Positions 62,813 to 64,000 of a stretch of 64,000 nt of DNA are shown piece after piece. Numbering within the stretch: the stretch's first letter is position 1; each line of letters begins with the position of its first letter. Below the pieces are notes generated by a model. The model had not been told where the DNA came from and made no database searches. It saw only the letters and a list, made by a program, of their open reading frames with translations. Source of the stretch: Paraspadella gotoi (taxonomy: Eukaryota > Animalia > Chaetognatha). The DNA is taken from assembly GCA_051294375.1 (NCBI GenBank), contig CM119267.1:3860223-3924222 (forward strand), read 5' to 3'. A program made the translations under genes and the position numbers.

Positions 62813-64000
62813 TACGCGTTTATATTTAAACTATGAATTTTATACAACCAACACAAAACTTACTCATTCAATTAATAAACATTAAACAATCTATCTTGTT
62901 CCTCACTTTGAACAGACTATGGTGGGTTGAGCTTAAGGCCTCCATCCCTATATCAAGATATAGTTAATAGTGTATATATATGTAGTCGGGCATTGCCTAG
63001 GTTCACCCCGCCTAGAATCATGACACTTTCAGTTGTGACCCGGTGGCTCATTGAGTAAAGCCATCAGCTCATGACCACTAGGCGTGAGGACGGCCGTAAG
63101 CCGCCTTGGGGGAATGGCAAACCCTCAAGCCTGGTTCCAAGCCCAGGGACCCGTTCCATGGCTGCTAGAGGGGCTTATAGAAGTTACGGACAGTCATCTT
63201 CAGCCCACGTAGCGCCTTATCCACATATATATATATATATATAATTATAATTATTATATATATCTCCGTCATCAAACTTGACAACATCTGTCAATACTTT
63301 TTTACCGTTACATCGATCGTTTCCTTCTTNNNNNNNNNNNNNNNNNNNNNNNNNNNNNNNNNNNNNNNNNNNNNNNNNNNNNNNNNNNNNNNNNNNNNNN
63401 NNNNNNNNNNNNNNNNNNNNNNNNNNNNNNNNNNNNNNNNNNNNNNNNNNNNNNNNNNNNNNNNNNGGAGTGGCGTCCTTCCCCAGCGTTGACGCCCTAC
63501 GACTCGCGGACACTCCCTGCAGGTGTGGACAATTGATCAAGCTCTTGGTGTGGTCGGCTTGATGCGGAAGGTTTGTGTGGAGTGGAGGAAGAAGCTGATA
63601 ATTTGTGTGGTCAATCTTGTGGTGTGGTTGGAAAGATGCAGAAAGTTAGTGTAGTCGAGCTTGTGGTGTGTTCAGAATGAACCAGAAAGTTTGTGTGGAC
63701 AATCACGTAGAATGGCCGGAATAACCCAAAGAGTTAGTGTGGTGAATATCATTTTGTGGTCGGAATTTCTCAAAAAGTTTGTGGATGAAGCTGATGTGGC
63801 TTTTTTTTCAGACGAGAGTTCGAATTTACCATTGACCCCTTGACCACCATTGACAAAGTTGCTCGGCCTGCTTTTAAATATATTTATTATTATAGAATTT
63901 AGTTTAATTTTACGTAGCTTTATTTAAAAAAATGTTTAAATCTCTGAATCTCAGAACCTCTTGAATTTTTTCCGAATCTCTATCGTGGGTGGATATTCGA
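62813..64000 (+). repeat. Repeat family Y copy 2 (runs off window)
   Basis: Colinear with 58044-59190. Confidence 0.85.
62981..63225 (+). mobile_element. 245-bp TGT...ACA insertion in a (TA)n tract with tRNA-like boxes
   Basis: Absent from copy 1 of family Y; flanked by TATA; A-box-like GGTGGCTCATTGAGT and B-box-like GGTTCCAAGCCC. The first 15 nt recur at ~41416. Confidence 0.65.

Overview
AT-rich eukaryotic DNA, probably from an invertebrate. It is dense in microsatellites (AG, GATT, GAC, AAAT), with many N gaps and stretches that look like error-prone long-read fill. Almost all ORF-track entries are repeat or gap artefacts. Supported gene content: (1) a four-exon minus-strand class-2 DYRK-like kinase (exons 16175-15784, 15416-15301, 15162-14774, 6867-6166; 1599 nt, 532 aa, all introns GT-AG and phase-compatible); (2) a frameshifted tandem copy of its exons 1-3; (3) scattered plus-strand exons of an unidentified probable single-pass membrane protein, whose ~33-kb intron appears to contain the kinase. 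The kinase is the most unusual item. It keeps the NAPA/DH-box and catalytic residues, but the activation-loop YxY is replaced (STF), IQSR becomes FGTQ, DFG becomes DLG, and a 9-Cys segment sits in the CMGC insert. Mobile DNA includes DINE-1/HINE-like non-autonomous Helentrons, a TTAA-flanked Kolobok-like insertion in one arm of a large inverted duplication, fold-back MITEs, Penelope-type hammerhead remnants, a tRNA-Leu fragment and two ~250-bp TG..CA-type insertions with tRNA-like boxes. All identifications are by eye; no searches were run.
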